A DNA stretch of 63,265 bases, filler included, from Reticulomyxa filosa (lineage: Eukaryota > Protista > Foraminifera): assembly GCA_000512085.1 (NCBI GenBank). It is 19 parts of 19 records of this genome, joined end to end, with 100 filler letters (N's around TTAATTAATTAA, not from the genome) between each part and the next. Parts side by side here need not be neighbours in the genome. Positions count along the whole stretch, not along the records: positions 50,093 to 57,815 come from ASPP01005342.1; positions 57,916 to 60,113 come from ASPP01011948.1; positions 60,214 to 61,450 come from ASPP01023734.1; positions 61,551 to 63,265 come from ASPP01010268.1; 15 more parts are not named here. One strand, given 5' to 3'. The notes beneath the pieces were generated by a model, which made no database searches, was not told the DNA's origin, and saw only the letters and a program-made list of their open reading frames with translations. The position numbers and the translations under genes are program-made. This document shows, piece by piece, positions 50,845 through 63,265 of the stretch (the stretch's first letter is position 1; each line of letters opens with the position of its first letter).

Positions 50845-53011
50845 ATGATTCAAAGCGAAAATTGTAAGCAAAAAGTTTACCGTTCTAGGGAAGGGGTATC
50901 TTTATATAAGTTAGGGATTTCTTTTGGGTTATTGCCGGATGACTTGCTGTCGTACCAAGTCTTGCCGTTTTTGACCGTCAGAGAATTGTGCCTAACTTCG
51001 AGGGTGTGCCGGAGATGGTTACGTCTTGTCTCATTGGATGTTTAGAAATCTTTTGTTTTACTTGTTTATTTTTTTTTTTTGTGTGCAATCTACTCAAAAA
51101 AAAAAGTGACTAGTTGAAAAACTGTGCAACTAACATAAAAACAACGACCTTCAAAAAAAAAAAAAGGGCTTGTGGAAACAAATGGAATTTCCAGTAGAAA
51201 TTCGGCAGCGATTTTTGTTTTCAGGAACAAAAAAGGCGGACTTGAATGACGAAGAAAAAATTGATGAGTGGAAATCGACTGTGGCATTTGCGCTGGTGAA
51301 CAAGCATCGACACAGTTGGAATGTATTAAAATGGTGTGGACAAGATTCGTTGACACAAGGATTGGAAAAAAGTGTTTGACACATCGGCGGCAATGGAAAA
51401 CAGTTACAGCAAGTTGCAAGTTTTGCATTTTTGCAATATGTTAAACATAAGTAACAATAACATTGCCGCTGTCGTCAAACAATGCCCACAACTGAGCGAA
51501 TTATCTCTTGCCGGATGTGTGACGTTGACAGATCAAGTTTGGTTTGAATACGTAGATTCAATGTTTTATTTGTATGTTGTAAAGTAATAAGACGTAAAGG
51601 GGGAAAAAAGTTATTAAAACTTATTTGTTTTGTCATTGTTTTTTTTTTCCGAACTTTGGTCATGTTTGTCCGCTTTTCGTCTTTTTAGTCGCTGCACCAC
51701 TTGGCAGAATTGAAAAATATCCAATCGTTGGATATATCTCGTTGTTTATTTAGTGACAACGGTGTGAAACACTTGGTTAAATATGACGAATGGGAACAGT
51801 TGCACAAAGCAATGATGGACGGACAAAGCGATCAAGGACACTACAACAATAAATTTCAGCTCGCTTCAACGCAAGATTTTAATGTCCTTGGCGTTGGATC
51901 TACTTTAAAATGCTTAAAAGTTGTGTTAGCTACCTCTCTCTATGTACGTACACACTTTTATATGTTTATTATGCAAATAAAATTTCTTCCACTTCTTTTC
52001 CTTCTCCATTTCGTTTGCTTTATTTACATTTTTCTGTGCATACATTCTCTTTACGTATTCTTCTATCAAGTTTTTTTTTGTGGTGATATTATACGTTATG
52101 TGTGCGTGTGGGGTATTAAAAAAAAAACGCAGATGAACGATTGTCCGAACATGACTGATTTAAGTGTACGGTATGTCAGTCATGCTTGTGGGCATCGGTT
52201 GCACAGTTTACATATTCGAGCCATTGATGTTGATCGAAATACGCTGCTAGATGTGTGTGATCATTGCAAATATTTGGAAGAACTAGACTTGGGCAGTGAT
52301 AACATGTATTTTGGTAACGACTCGATTGACGATATGTGCATTTTTTCATTGTTGGCATTACGTCATTTGCGTGTGCTGAACTTGGCAGGATTGCATAACA
52401 TTACCCACAAAAGCGTGTGTCCGTTGTTAAAAAGTATGAGTTTGAAATGTGTTAATTTAAGTGGCTGCAGTAAAATCCACATTGATTTGGTTTGCCAAAC
52501 TTTGTATCAACAATTCTCAATGTCCTCTTCATTGCGTGATAATTTATCATTGTCACCACAAATGCGGCCCCAACCAAGCCCGTCCAAACTCAATATTCGA
52601 AATCTTCCCGAAATAGTATTGTCTAAACATGTTCATCATTTTAAAGAAGCTGACAATTCCTTCAAGCCTGCTCCTCTGTTGTTTGGCCCGAATTCATTTA
52701 ATTTGCCGGAAATTAAATATCGAGCCTTTGTCGACCCTGATATCTCCTCTTCTTTTAAGTTATGCGGTTTAAAATTAGCTAATACTAATATTTCTAATAC
52801 TGGTGTTAGCTATTTGAAGCATTTACCAATCCAGCATCTAGATTTGAATGGGTGCAATGAAATAACGAACGATGCTTTGAAAGATTTTTCCGAGGAAAAC
52901 TCTTTTCCGAAATTGGTTTGCCTGGATTTGGGGCTTTGTGTTCAATTACAACGACAAAAAGTTGAAGAGTTTTCATTAATGAGACGTGATATTCGTATTA
53001 AATATTATTGA
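50845..53011 (+). CDS. F-box/LRR protein
   Basis: F-box LPDDLLSYQVLPFLTVRELCLTSRVCRRWLRL. Cys-containing LRRs (CPQLSELSLAGCVTLTD, LKNIQSLDISRC, LRVLNLAGLHNIT, IQHLDLNGCNEITND). Introns plus a 1-nt frameshift in the A-run at 51366-51371. Confidence 0.9.
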
Positions 53012-53533
53012 TAACTACATCATTGTCTTTTTTTCTCACACAAAATTACCTTTTTTGGAAAATTTTATTGGCCTTTGGCCATTATTGGTGGTGTTTTTTC
53101 GTAATCTTTATTGTCTTTTGTTATGACGATGGGGAATGTCGCGATTACAATAGGTTTTTTTTTCATTCTGAAAGCTTCGGCCCCTACAGTAGCCTGAATA
53201 AAACATTTTCATTAAACCTTACTATTTTATCTTTTTCAGTACCAATCTTTGATTACTTTCTTTGTTAAAATCTTAACAATACATGTAACAATTGAACGGA
53301 CCTAACTTGTCTTGAAAATATTTATATTCCACTGTGCAGATTTTTAGTAGCTAAATGAATTAAGTACTAGATTTGTAACTGGTGAACATAAAAAAGCTAT
53401 GCCATTGAAAAACTTGAGGATAACAAAAAATAATAAAAACAAAAATTGCACGGAACACACATAACCAAAGCTAAGAGAATATCTGCAAGACCATGACGTT
53501 GCCCGAGGTATAATTGAACAAAAACAAAAGGTA

Positions 53534-55532
53534 TCAGTCCAAATCAACAACGTCTTGCAGATTTGTGGGCTCAGCTTCAGAACTGCTATTGTCATCACTT
53601 TCAAACATGGATTGCATAATCATTGCTTCACAAGCAGTAGCGTTACCTGTTTCACTTTCTTCCCCTCCGCTTTCCTCTTTCAGCTCTTCTTCTCTCTTTT
53701 TGTGCTCATTTTGAACTTGTTCACGAAGAGCTTTCTTAAGATAAGCAAAATTCCAGCAATTATTGGACTCATCCCAATATTTGTGGATAATCGTAGCGAC
53801 AGCGGATGGAGTAAGGGTATCCTCAGATAATGCATCAATTTGGGCGACTATGTGTTCCAATAATAATGTTTTGTCCCCTTCTGATGGCGGATCTTCATCC
53901 TTTCGAAATCTTTGATACCAGCGCGTGGTTAATTGGAGTAATTTGTCAAAATTGTCTTCTCCAATTTTTTTTTTGTGCTCTCGAATCTCATCACAGACAG
54001 TGTATAAATATGGTTCACGCAAGCAGCCTACATCACGACGCACCTGGGTACAAATTGCCAGCTCACGATACAACAATTTGAACACATGACCACGGATCAT
54101 ATGTCGGGTCACACTTTTGTATTTTTTGCACATGTCAATATAATCTTGGGTTATCGTCAGAGGATGCGGTTGCGCTTCTTTGCTCTACATTTACCCAAAC
54201 CGTCCCTCCCAAGTTGTATACGTCCCATCTCACAAATATGTATATGTACATATGTATACGTAATATATGTGTACATGCATGCTGCATATGCAATATTAAA
54301 AAAAGACTTATACCAAAAGCATTGCAGGATTGCCCAACAAGCTTTCTGCAGCCATGTACGCATCACATTTTGTGTATTCCAAACATTTTTGGACATCTTC
54401 TAATGTTTCACAGCCACCATTGGCAAAAATAGGAATGTCTCGGATGTGCTCTTTTACTACACGAATGATTTCAAAATTACACTGTTTTGTTTCGGACTTT
54501 CGTTGTTCGCGTGTTCTGCCATGGACACATAACCATGCTGCACCTGCATCTCGCAATCGCGTGACCATATTTAATGCTTTCCCCCCCCCCCCAACAAAAA
54601 AAAAGTGCATGAAAGTACTTTTTGTTAATCTCGTCGATAATGAAAATGTAAATCAAAAAAATATATTTTACTTTTTTCTTGGTCTGCAAACACACGAATT
54701 TTGGCAGAAACTGGAATTTTCAAATTTTTATGACAAATATTAATCAACCTTTCCATCAATGAAATGTCATCCATTAAGAATGCCCCGTAGTGTCCTCGAC
54801 GGGCAATATTTTGAGGACATCCAAAATTTATGTCAATAGCATCGACTTTATCTTCAAGCATTCTTTTTTTTTAAGTTGTCATTTTCATATTTTAAAAAAA
54901 TCTAAAGAAATTTCCAAAGAAATTTCTGAAGAAATCTCTAAAGAAAGAAAAAAAAAGGTTAGGATAAGAAGTACTCAACTTTGCTGCCTTTAATAATACT
55001 TGTGGGTCATTGGCACAAAATTGGGCAACTAATGGTCGATCTTCCAGACATGATATGTCAATGAACACATCTTTCTTATATGGCTTGACTTCAACAAAGC
55101 ACTTGGCATGGATCATCGGAGTATAACACAACGGTACGCCATATTTGCGACATAACATTCGAAATGGAAGCTCACTATTTTAAAAAGAGCATGGAACGAA
55201 AATAACAACAATAATATACGCAAATGTAACATTGCATGCAGCAAAACAAAACAAAAGATTTTTTGAAGCACATTACCTTTGTTCAACCATTGGGGCGCAA
55301 ATGAACTATTTTCAGTACAAAAAAAAACATACACATAAAATGGACTCCAGCTGTGAAAAATTTTTTCTTCATTCTACGCCTTCTTTTTGGCTTTAATATT
55401 GAATAACTGCAAAAATTTCTAACCGCGTTATACCTTGGGAGAGCCCAGCTTCTTGAAAAATGTATAGCCATCTGGTGACGAACTAGTTTTTTGGAGCTGA
55501 GTGGAAGTGCCAGTAGTTTCCAAGGTGGTCAT
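53534..55532 (-). CDS. DUS1: tRNA-dihydrouridine synthase 1-like
   Basis: FICAPMVEQSELPFRMLCRKYG, CYTPMIHA, EDRPLVAQFCAND, IDINFGCPQNIARRGHYGAFL, PVSAKIR, VHGRTREQ, IPIFANGG, MAAESLLGNPA, RGHVFKL. Multi-exon. Confidence 0.93.
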
Positions 55533-55803
55533 GTGCTACAATATGTATTCTCAAATTTTAATACACTTAAAGGGGCAACCCAAAAGAAAAGTTTTTCAAA
55601 AATTTAAAGACTTGTGTAGATTAAAACTGAATTTTAAAAAGCGATTTTTATATTTAGATTAATGACTAACCATCTGTTTTATTTTAACCATAAAAAAATT
55701 TTAAAACATGTACTCTAAGTTGAGAGGATAACAAAAAAAGAATAAGCTTCAAATTTGAAGGATAAATAAAACAAATCAATATTTTCAGTACCAAAAAAAA
55801 CTT

Positions 55804-57355
55804 TTACAATTTGCAAAGTGCTGATGTGTGAGGGCTCTGCTCTTCAACGCAGATAGCAACTCCATGATTTGCATTGACATTTAAAATAGTAAGTCGATAC
55901 TGATGCGAAAAGTATTTTGCAAATGTGTGATGCAATGAAGTTTTCACGGCATCCATTGACTTGCCTCTCATTAATACATAAATAGCATCAAATCCTCCAG
56001 CCCCAGGGACTCCAGTGGCAGTAACAGAACTATTATTTTTCTCCAATGTGGTCAAGATGTCGTCCACGACATGAGGGATAACCGGGACGTTGGCACAAAC
56101 TCCCATTTTTTTCATCAACATTCGAATGTTGACAAAATGATTTTTTATCAAAGCATTATCACTTGTATCAACAATCGTTTCAGAAAAATAAGTTTTTTGT
56201 GCAAATCATTTTTCTGGAGTGTGTGCAGACGAATAACTTATCAACCACTTGGTTAATGTGGAGTTGGATATGGCTCCACATTTCTTGGCACTGTGACTCA
56301 TTCTTTTGCTTCCATTGTTGCACAAGACGAACCAGCTGTGGAGTGCTACTGCCTCCAGATATATTTTCAATGTCGCACATTAACAAAAAGACCTTTTCAT
56401 TGGATTCACAGACTTTTTCAAATCGGAAACGCTCAATTTTATCAAAGGCAAGAGAGGGAAGTGTTGCTAGCTCGGTGACATGGTCAAAAAAGCTTTGACA
56501 AGTTTGGAGCCACGTCGACACAGGTTTGGAGCCAGTCCAATTGCAAACCTCTTGCAAAGTAACCAAAGTGGATTGGACTTTTGTTTGCACTTTTTTATCA
56601 CCGAAAGGTTGTTGGAATAAAATGGAGCCATAAATACTGGTAGCAATGTCAAAACCACTTCCTAATTTTCCTTGCGACGCACTATGGCTCAGATAGCACA
56701 AGACAAATAAATGGTCACGAGGGAGAGGTAAGTGATGATAAGCCGACAGTCCCAATGTCAACGAAACCACCAATGCGGCACTGGAGCCAAGTCCAGTCTT
56801 TTTTTGGCTGCTTGAAGCCTTTTGGTCAGAAGTGGCTCCAATGTTGTAAAACTGTTCGTCTCCCATCAGAGTTATTGCAACACCGTCATAGCCAATTGTG
56901 TTTGATAGTATAGCCATTGGTGAAGTGTTGAAATTAATGTCCTTTTTGTAATTTTGGACGGAAAAGTGGAAATAATACATCAGAAATGCCACTATTGTGT
57001 TATCTATCAACGGAGTTTTTTTTTGCTGTCCATGCTGCATTCCTGGTGTTGGGTGACTCTTTTTTTCGATTGTCATCAATGTCTCACACACTTTCCACTC
57101 GTAGTGTATTTTTTCATCCCCAAATTGAGGGGTATACACGGTCATTTTGTGTCTGAATTGGTTGTCACTGGAATCTCTTTTGGAGCTATCCGTGGACTCT
57201 TTTATTGACTCAAGATAGGTGTGAAAGCGAGCGGATAATGACAATGAAATCCCCTTGAAGTTTGGATAGAGCACCATGTAGCCTCCAGCCAACAATACTT
57301 TGCCTGGAGCGGTTGCATGTACACGGCCATGTCTGTACTTCTTGGAAGTTTGCAT
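55804..57355 (-). CDS. ERG8: ERG8-type phosphomevalonate kinase with PTS1-like CKL
   Basis: APGKVLLAGGYMVL, KKTGLGSSAALV, SQGKLGSGFDIA, GGSSTPQLV, GVPGAGGFDAI. Frameshift near 56180-56230. Ends ALCKL*. Confidence 0.9.
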
Positions 57356-57915
57356 TCGCTGAAGCAAAATTGCAAAAAACAGATTAAAAGGGACGAAAGG
57401 TTAAAAAAAAACACTCAGTGAGCACCGAAAGTAACTTTTGTGCACAAGGAACAAGCGTTTTTGCCTTGTAAGTAGAAGAGTGAGCATAACAAAATAAAGT
57501 TTACTGCTGTGTATAAATAGTTTGTATTTTGTTTTAGAAAGGCAAAAATCAACCTCACAACTGCATGACCTTGCACCGAAAGACCCAACAATTGTTTTTT
57601 TAAAAATCGACACGGCGGAACTTTAAGCGGTGGGGTCTAACATTGTAATCATTTGAAGATAAGAGGGATGGGCTTCAACCTGCGACATTTTTTAATATTT
57701 GTTTTAAGTTTAATCTGGGGGAAAAAAGGAATATTGTCCTCTAAAAAAAAAATATAGGCAAGATCGATTTTGCAAACGTCTCCTTAATTTTAGAAAAAAA
57801 GAACCACAAACAAACNNNNNNNNNNNNNNNNNNNNNNNNNNNNNNNNNNNNNNNNNNNNTTAATTAATTAANNNNNNNNNNNNNNNNNNNNNNNNNNNNN
57901 NNNNNNNNNNNNNNN

Positions 57916-59001
57916 GGGGGGGGGGGAACATGAAAAACCAATAGCATTGGCAGCTTGAACAAAGAGAAGCTAAATGGAGAAAACAAGAACGTGAAAATGA
58001 GGATTTGAAAATACAACTTGAAGAAACGAGTGACCAATACGATATACGTAAGTGCTTTTTGTGCGTGTGTGTATGCGTGTTAATGTGATTGTGGTGTTAG
58101 TTGTGAATATAAAAAAATAAAAATAAATAAAAAGTGTTGTCCAAGTACAAAGAACTGGAACATGCAAAACATGCACAACAATTGACGTTCGAAACGGAGA
58201 GAAGTATGTTAATGGCAGATATATCAGAGACGAAAGACCAACTGGACAATAGCTTGGCGGAAATTAAGCAACTAAAGATAGAAAACGCACAAATGAAAGA
58301 GACAATTAATCGCGATACGGATAGATACAAAGATCTAGCCAATGTTTTGACTGCTGTTAAGTAATAGAGTTGTACGTAGCTTATATAACAAGAACAACAA
58401 CAAAGAATGTATACGTATATGTAAATAATAAAAAAAAAAAAATGAACTACTAACAAAATGACAGAGCAAAAATGAGTTGCACCAAAAGATTGCAGAATTG
58501 TATCAACAAAATGATGACTTGGAAATGACATTAGTAATGATTCGCAACTCGTGGAACCAAACTGCAAATGTGATGGAAAGTGACGCCAATAAGAATACTA
58601 GCAAACTGGAGCGATTGACAAACGAGGCCAAGAGTTACCAATTGCAATTCGAAAATCTGAATAGCGAGTCTGAAACAAAAGAACAGATGATTGACAACTT
58701 GCAACAGCGACAAATGCAGATGGACATGCAGATCAGCAATTTGGAGTTAAAGTGTGCCGCACAAAGTGTGGAAAATGCTCGCGTCAAAACGCAGCTCAAT
58801 TTCCTTCAAGTGAGATTAGCTAATGTACGCCAATGGATACTCCAATTGTTGCAGCAAGGTATCATTCAGATTGACACGCAACGCTTTCCTATCACTGAAG
58901 AGAATCTCTTCGATACCGTGGTCCAACACTCCCTTCCCACGACTCTTTCTTTTAAATCTACCCCTTATTTCAAGGATAGCCATTTGTCTCTTGATCCATA
59001 A
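57916..59001 (+). CDS. Coiled-coil protein, C-terminal fragment
   Basis: Heptad-rich exons 58134-58364 and 58477-59001 separated by GT-AG introns. Confidence 0.6.
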
Positions 59002-59770
59002 ATCACGATTTGTCATTTTTTTGTATTTTTTTTTTTTTTTTTTGTTGTTGCCTTTCCTTCCTATATCAACTTATAATTTATCTATTTTGTGAACGATTTC
59101 ACTATATATTTAGTTTGATTTTAAATGTTTATTTGGTCGGCTTCTGTACGGTTTTATTTGGTCTTTTTTGTTACTTCTCGTTTTGTTCTTTTCCCTCTTG
59201 GATTCAAAATGTATATTTTTATTTGTTGGCTGAACTTGTTTTGATTGTTATTTTTATGTTCGTTTTTGTTTGGAGAATTACAATCCATAGAGGAAAAAGA
59301 GAGTATTTGGACACACTTAGAATTATTGAAAATTAACCTTTATTCCACCGTTGTTTGTTTTTATGTCAATCTTCAATTCACGTTCATTTGTTTGTTCTTT
59401 CTCAACCCAAACATTTCTTAATATTATCAAAAGGTAATGTTAATTATTTTAAAATGAAAATTACAAAACAACATAGCATTCCATTGTCAAGTGTAAAAGA
59501 GTTTATTTTATTAATATCATTGTGTGTTCTTCATAATGATTTGTGTGATCTTATTGTTCTAATTATTTCTAATGATTTCTGAGCAAAGAATGTGTGAATT
59601 AAGCTCAAGAATAGAAATCTATTTAAAATGAAATGAAAAATTAACTATTAACAAAGTTCAAACCTTATAAACAGTTGCAGTAACGATGCGAATTTTGACA
59701 TTTAAAAACATTTTGTTTTTGCTAGAACATTTTTTTTGGACAGTTAATTGCTCTTTTTTTTGTAAATATT

Positions 59771-60113
59771 TTATAACCGTTCCCATAATCGAATGGTTTG
59801 GTCATAAGAAGCCGATAAGATTGTATTACCATCAGATGAAATATCAATTCTTGTTGTCCAATGAGTGTGTCCTTTCAATCTTTGAATTTCTACTCCAAAC
59901 TTAACGTCCCACAATCTAAGCATGAAATCATCTGAACATGATACAATAGTTTGGCCATCTGGTGAAAATTTTACATCTCTTATTACATCCGAATGCTTTT
60001 TTAATTTTTTCACTTCTTTTCCTGTCATTATGTCCCATATGACGATTGTTTTATCAACTGCACAAGATACAACAAATCGGCCATCCGGTGAAAATTGTGC
60101 TATCTTTACAGCG
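59771..60113 (-). CDS. WD40-repeat fragment
   Basis: AQFSPDGRFVVSCAVDKTIVIWD, HSDVIRDVKFSPDGQTIVSCSDDFMLRLWD, GHTHWTTRIDISSDGNTILSASYDQTIRLW. Confidence 0.85.
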
Positions 60114-61550
60114 NNNNNNNNNNNNNNNNNNNNNNNNNNNNNNNNNNNNNNNNNNNNTTAATTAATTAANNNNNNNNNNNNNNNNNNNNNNNNNNNNNNN
60201 NNNNNNNNNNNNNTCCAATTTTGCAACGTAAAGCCCAACTCGAATGTTATTTATTATCTGATGCAACTCCAATTCAAAGATAATTTGGCCACATTGTTAT
60301 TATACGTGTTCCTATGTACAAGCCACAAAAAAAAAAATGGATATTATTATGACAACAATAAAAAAAAACAAAGTTAACTTTGCAGTGCTACATGATATCG
60401 CCGACGTTTGGACACCAATTTGTAATCTTTGCATGTGTAATGGATCATCCACTTAATGCTATCATTACAATAGATTTGCACGGCGTTAATATGAGTTTTT
60501 GGAGAATTAATTACAATGTTTGAATGAGTAGTTGCAATATTTGGAGTGGTTGTGGCAATGATTGGAAGATAGTGGCAATTTGTTGAGATATGGAGTTTGC
60601 AATAAGGGCCTGTTTTGTCCACGAGTGCATAGATTGCATTGGCTGTGTAAAGGCCACGCTTTGGAAAGAGCGCTTCTTTGCGCAAAGATGATGTGCATCA
60701 CGACTGACTCATTCGTCATGTGCGTTATGCTCCATTCATCATACTTGCGCCAATAGCGCTTCATTCAAAGGCATGAGCCTATAATTGGGCGATGACGACT
60801 GATTTCCAGTCACATTTCGTACCGGCAATTGCAGCCGGTCGGGCAATGTGTTAAAGCCGTCGTTGTTGCCCACGTCCACTTACCAATGATCGTACACTCG
60901 CAACAAATTTTTCCTGCGCTATCGTTTGATATATTCAATTTTTTTGTTTATTTGTTTGCTTTAAAAAAAAAAAAAAAAAGAAAAAAAAACTTAACATTGC
61001 AGAATTGGACAACATCGTAGAATTGCCTGCCAAATCGTTGGTATATATGATATGATTTTTGATTTGACGCCGGGCTTCGTACTTTTCATTTGACTGCGGC
61101 GCTCTTCTCACCACTTCAACTTCGCCATCTGGCAATACAATGCTGTTTTGTTTTGTTTTTTTTAAATCAAATCAATCATGTATGCAATCCATTCTATCCA
61201 CTCTTTTTTTTAACACATTTTTTTTGTATAAACACAAATTTTTTTTTTGTATGTACATATTTTTTTTTCGTTTGATCTTTCTATCACTGTGCTTACCTGT
61301 ATGACATGACCTTAAATGTGAATTTGAAAAAAATCGAAGAAATACCCGAAGTTGATTGTAACATATTCATTGCCGGCATTTTGATATGTGCAATCTCCTC
61401 ACAATCGATCAACAGCGTGCTAGGGGGAAAACGTATAATTTCGTTTTCTANNNNNNNNNNNNNNNNNNNNNNNNNNNNNNNNNNNNNNNNNNNNTTAATT
61501 AATTAANNNNNNNNNNNNNNNNNNNNNNNNNNNNNNNNNNNNNNNNNNNN

Positions 61551-62045
61551 GGCCGCTGACCGGGCGGATCAGGTACCAGTACGGGGCAAAACGGCGGTAA
61601 CTGGCGCGGTCCGGGCAATGCACGCGGGTGGTGGTTTGTAGCAGGCATGTGCCGTCGCGCTGCGGCTGGATGCGGAAGGCCAGCACCAAGCGCGGCACCT
61701 GCTGCAGGCTGGCAAAGTGGCTAACGTCGCGTATCGGCTGCAAGCCGTAGTCGCTACGCCAGAAGGCACCGGCCAGCCCCCACACTACCTCGTGCCCGTC
61801 CTGGGCCAGCAGGGTGAACTCGTGCAGGCCAAACGGCGGCTTGTGCGGCAACGCGTTGCCATGGCCCAGGCGTGCGGCCAACCTGCCGGGCAGCTCGCGC
61901 AGGTAGATGAAGCGGCTCACCCAGGGTCTTGCCATTGCGGCAGCCGGGCCAGTGCGGCGCGCAGCTTGGCCGCATCGGCGTTGACCTGGCGCTGGTGCTG
62001 CTCGGCAAACTGGTACTGCGGCAATAGCGCGTCGATCAGGCCCAT
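61551..62045 (-). CDS. Bacterial hypothetical protein (frameshifted, 3' partial)
   Basis: ATG at 62045, 14 nt after the upstream stop. MGLIDALLPQYQFAEQH...QD joins PWVSRFIYLRELP...TTTRVHCPD..RRFAPYWYLIRPVSG if one C is added at 61924-61926. Confidence 0.7.
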
Positions 62046-62058
62046 GGCGATGGCAGGC

Positions 62059-62826
62059 TCAAGGTTGTGGTTCAGCGTCGTACTGGCGGAAGATGGCGTT
62101 GTAGCGGCCGTCGTTTTTCATCTCGCGAATGCGGTAATCGATACGCTGGCGCAGCGCCGGGTCGCGCCACAACACGGTTGCCTCGCGCGGCGGCAAGATG
62201 GCAAACACGTCTACCGGCTGACGCGCGTCAACCTGCGGGTCGTTGCGCAAGCGCTTGCGGTACCAGTCGGCCACCAGGCGGTCGGCCAGAATCACATCGA
62301 CACGGCCGGCGTACAGGCTTTTCACCTGCTGGCGCTGGTCGCCGGTTTCGGTATAACGCCCCTGGGCGACGGCGGCGACCACGTCGAAACTGTCGGGCAG
62401 ATCGTTCTGCGCACCGTCCCAGGCCAGGATGTCCAGCCCGATCAGGTCGGCCGCCTGCTCCAGCTTCAGGTGACGGCGTTGCAGGGCCAGCGCCAGGTTA
62501 TCGAACGAGTGCAAGGGCCGGCTCAGCGAACCCGGCAGGTTCTCGCGCTTTTGCGTGCTGGCAGAAATGTCGTACAGCGCGTCCACCTCGTTGCGGCGAT
62601 ACAGCGCAATACGGCGCGCGTACGGGTAGAACACCGGCTGCAGCGCCAGGCCCTCGGCCTGCAGCGCTTCGCGCAGCAGCGTGACCGCAATACCGGGGCG
62701 GCTATCGGCACTTACCCACGGCGGGCTGTGCTCGATGAAGGCAATACGGATCACCCCACCGGCGTGGGCCGGCAGCAGCGACGACAGCAGGCACAGGCCC
62801 AGCCAGACAAACTTGCGCAATACCAT
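62059..62826 (-). CDS. Bacterial periplasmic substrate-binding protein (family 3-like)
   Basis: Signal peptide MVLRKFVWLGLCLLSSLLPAHA; SPPW, GIAVTLLREAL, PYARR, LYAGRVDVIL, MKNDGRYNAI. AGGA ribosome-binding site overlaps the upstream TAG stop. Confidence 0.82.
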   Translation of the reverse strand: MVLRKFVWLGLCLLSSLLPAHAGGVIRIAFIEHSPPWVSADSRPGIAVTLLREALQAEGLALQPVFYPYARRIALYRRNEVDALYDISASTQKRENLPGSLSRPLHSFDNLALALQRRHLKLEQAADLIGLDILAWDGAQNDLPDSFDVVAAVAQGRYTETGDQRQQVKSLYAGRVDVILADRLVADWYRKRLRNDPQVDARQPVDVFAILPPREATVLWRDPALRQRIDYRIREMKNDGRYNAIFRQYDAEPQP

Positions 62827-62830
62827 GTTC

Positions 62831-63265
62831 CTAATCGAAGGCCAGACGGCTTTCCAGTACTTCCACCTCGTCGCCCACCCGCAGCACGCCGCTGTTGCGC
62901 GCCACAAGGTTGACCCCGAAACACACGCCCTCTTCCAGCCGGCGGTAGCCGATCAGCGTGGCCAGCGGCTGCTTGTCGGGGTGCGGCACGGCGCTGTCCG
63001 GGTCGATGGTGGTGAAGATGCAGCGCGTACAGCGGCTGGCTACCTCGAACTCCACCTCGCCGATGCGGATGCGTTGCCATTCGTCTTCCTCAAAGGCAAA
63101 CGCATCGTCCACCACTAGGTTGGGGCGGAACTGGCGCATGGAAACCGGCGCGGCCAACCTTTGGTTCAAATCATCCAGCGACGCCTGGCTGATCAGCAAA
63201 AACGGCGCGCCGTCGGCAAACGACAGCGGCGTTTCGCCGTCCTTGTAACGGCGCGTGGTCTGCCC
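62831..63265 (-). CDS. Bacterial MOSC-domain protein (YcbX/mARC-like), 5' partial
   Basis: FADGAPFLLISQASLDDLN, QFRPNLVV, FEEDEW, CTRCIFTTIDP, FGVNL, GVLRVGDEV. Confidence 0.9.
   Translation of the reverse strand, partial: GQTTRRYKDGETPLSFADGAPFLLISQASLDDLNQRLAAPVSMRQFRPNLVVDDAFAFEEDEWQRIRIGEVEFEVASRCTRCIFTTIDPDSAVPHPDKQPLATLIGYRRLEEGVCFGVNLVARNSGVLRVGDEVEVLESRLAFD

Noticed and set aside
1711-57355. A physical cluster of peroxisomal genes
   Set aside because: Only ABCD and GPI share a contig. AMACR and PMK lie on other contigs, so their co-occurrence here is not linkage.
60214-61450. Coding-like minus-strand ORF pieces
   Set aside because: Fragmented across frames with no recognisable family; no gene model can be supported.
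9672-61550. Recurring TTAATTAATTAA as a CRISPR-like or biological repeat
   Set aside because: It is always centred in exactly 44+44 Ns, so it is an artificial six-frame-stop linker. ORFs ending XXXLIN are artefacts of it.
61451-61560. Horizontal transfer junction between eukaryotic and bacterial DNA
   Set aside because: The two are separated by an artificial spacer, so there is no evidence of physical linkage.
61717-62913. 398-aa plus-strand ORF and other long overlapping ORFs in the GC-rich contig
   Set aside because: Antisense or off-frame shadows of the minus-strand genes, which have clear motifs, a signal peptide and a ribosome-binding site.

Overview
This window is not contiguous DNA. 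It is 19 contigs joined by 18 identical 100-bp artificial spacers (N44-TTAATTAATTAA-N44). Eighteen contigs (1-61450) are AT-rich, intron-containing eukaryotic DNA whose WD40 repeat style and gene families resemble the foraminiferan Reticulomyxa filosa or a relative (inference from recall, not a search). The last contig (61551-63265) is a GC-rich bacterial operon fragment. Recognisable eukaryotic genes: peroxisomal ABCD transporter, glucose-6-phosphate isomerase (GPI), a degenerate UPRTase-like protein, TPR protein, SAM methyltransferase, transmembrane RING-H2 ligase, multi-KH-like protein, RasGEF, Rad5/Rad16-like SNF2-RING helicase, AMACR/CaiB CoA-transferase, a disrupted RNF213-like AAA+ fragment, WD40 fragments, an ADP-ribosyltransferase-like fragment, CAP-Gly protein, F-box/LRR protein, DUS1 and ERG8-type phosphomevalonate kinase. 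Mobile DNA: a Tc1/mariner remnant and five copies of a ~230-bp TG...CA solo-LTR-like repeat. The most interesting signal is that three enzymes end in consensus PTS1 peroxisomal signals: AMACR (SKL, expected), phosphomevalonate kinase (CKL) and the glycolytic GPI (ARL). This suggests glycosome-like peroxisomal glycolysis in a non-kinetoplastid protist. Several introns end in poly-A rather than polypyrimidine tracts, one with a perfect 19-bp fold-back. Many single-base homopolymer frameshifts, including one in the bacterial contig, are most likely sequencing errors.
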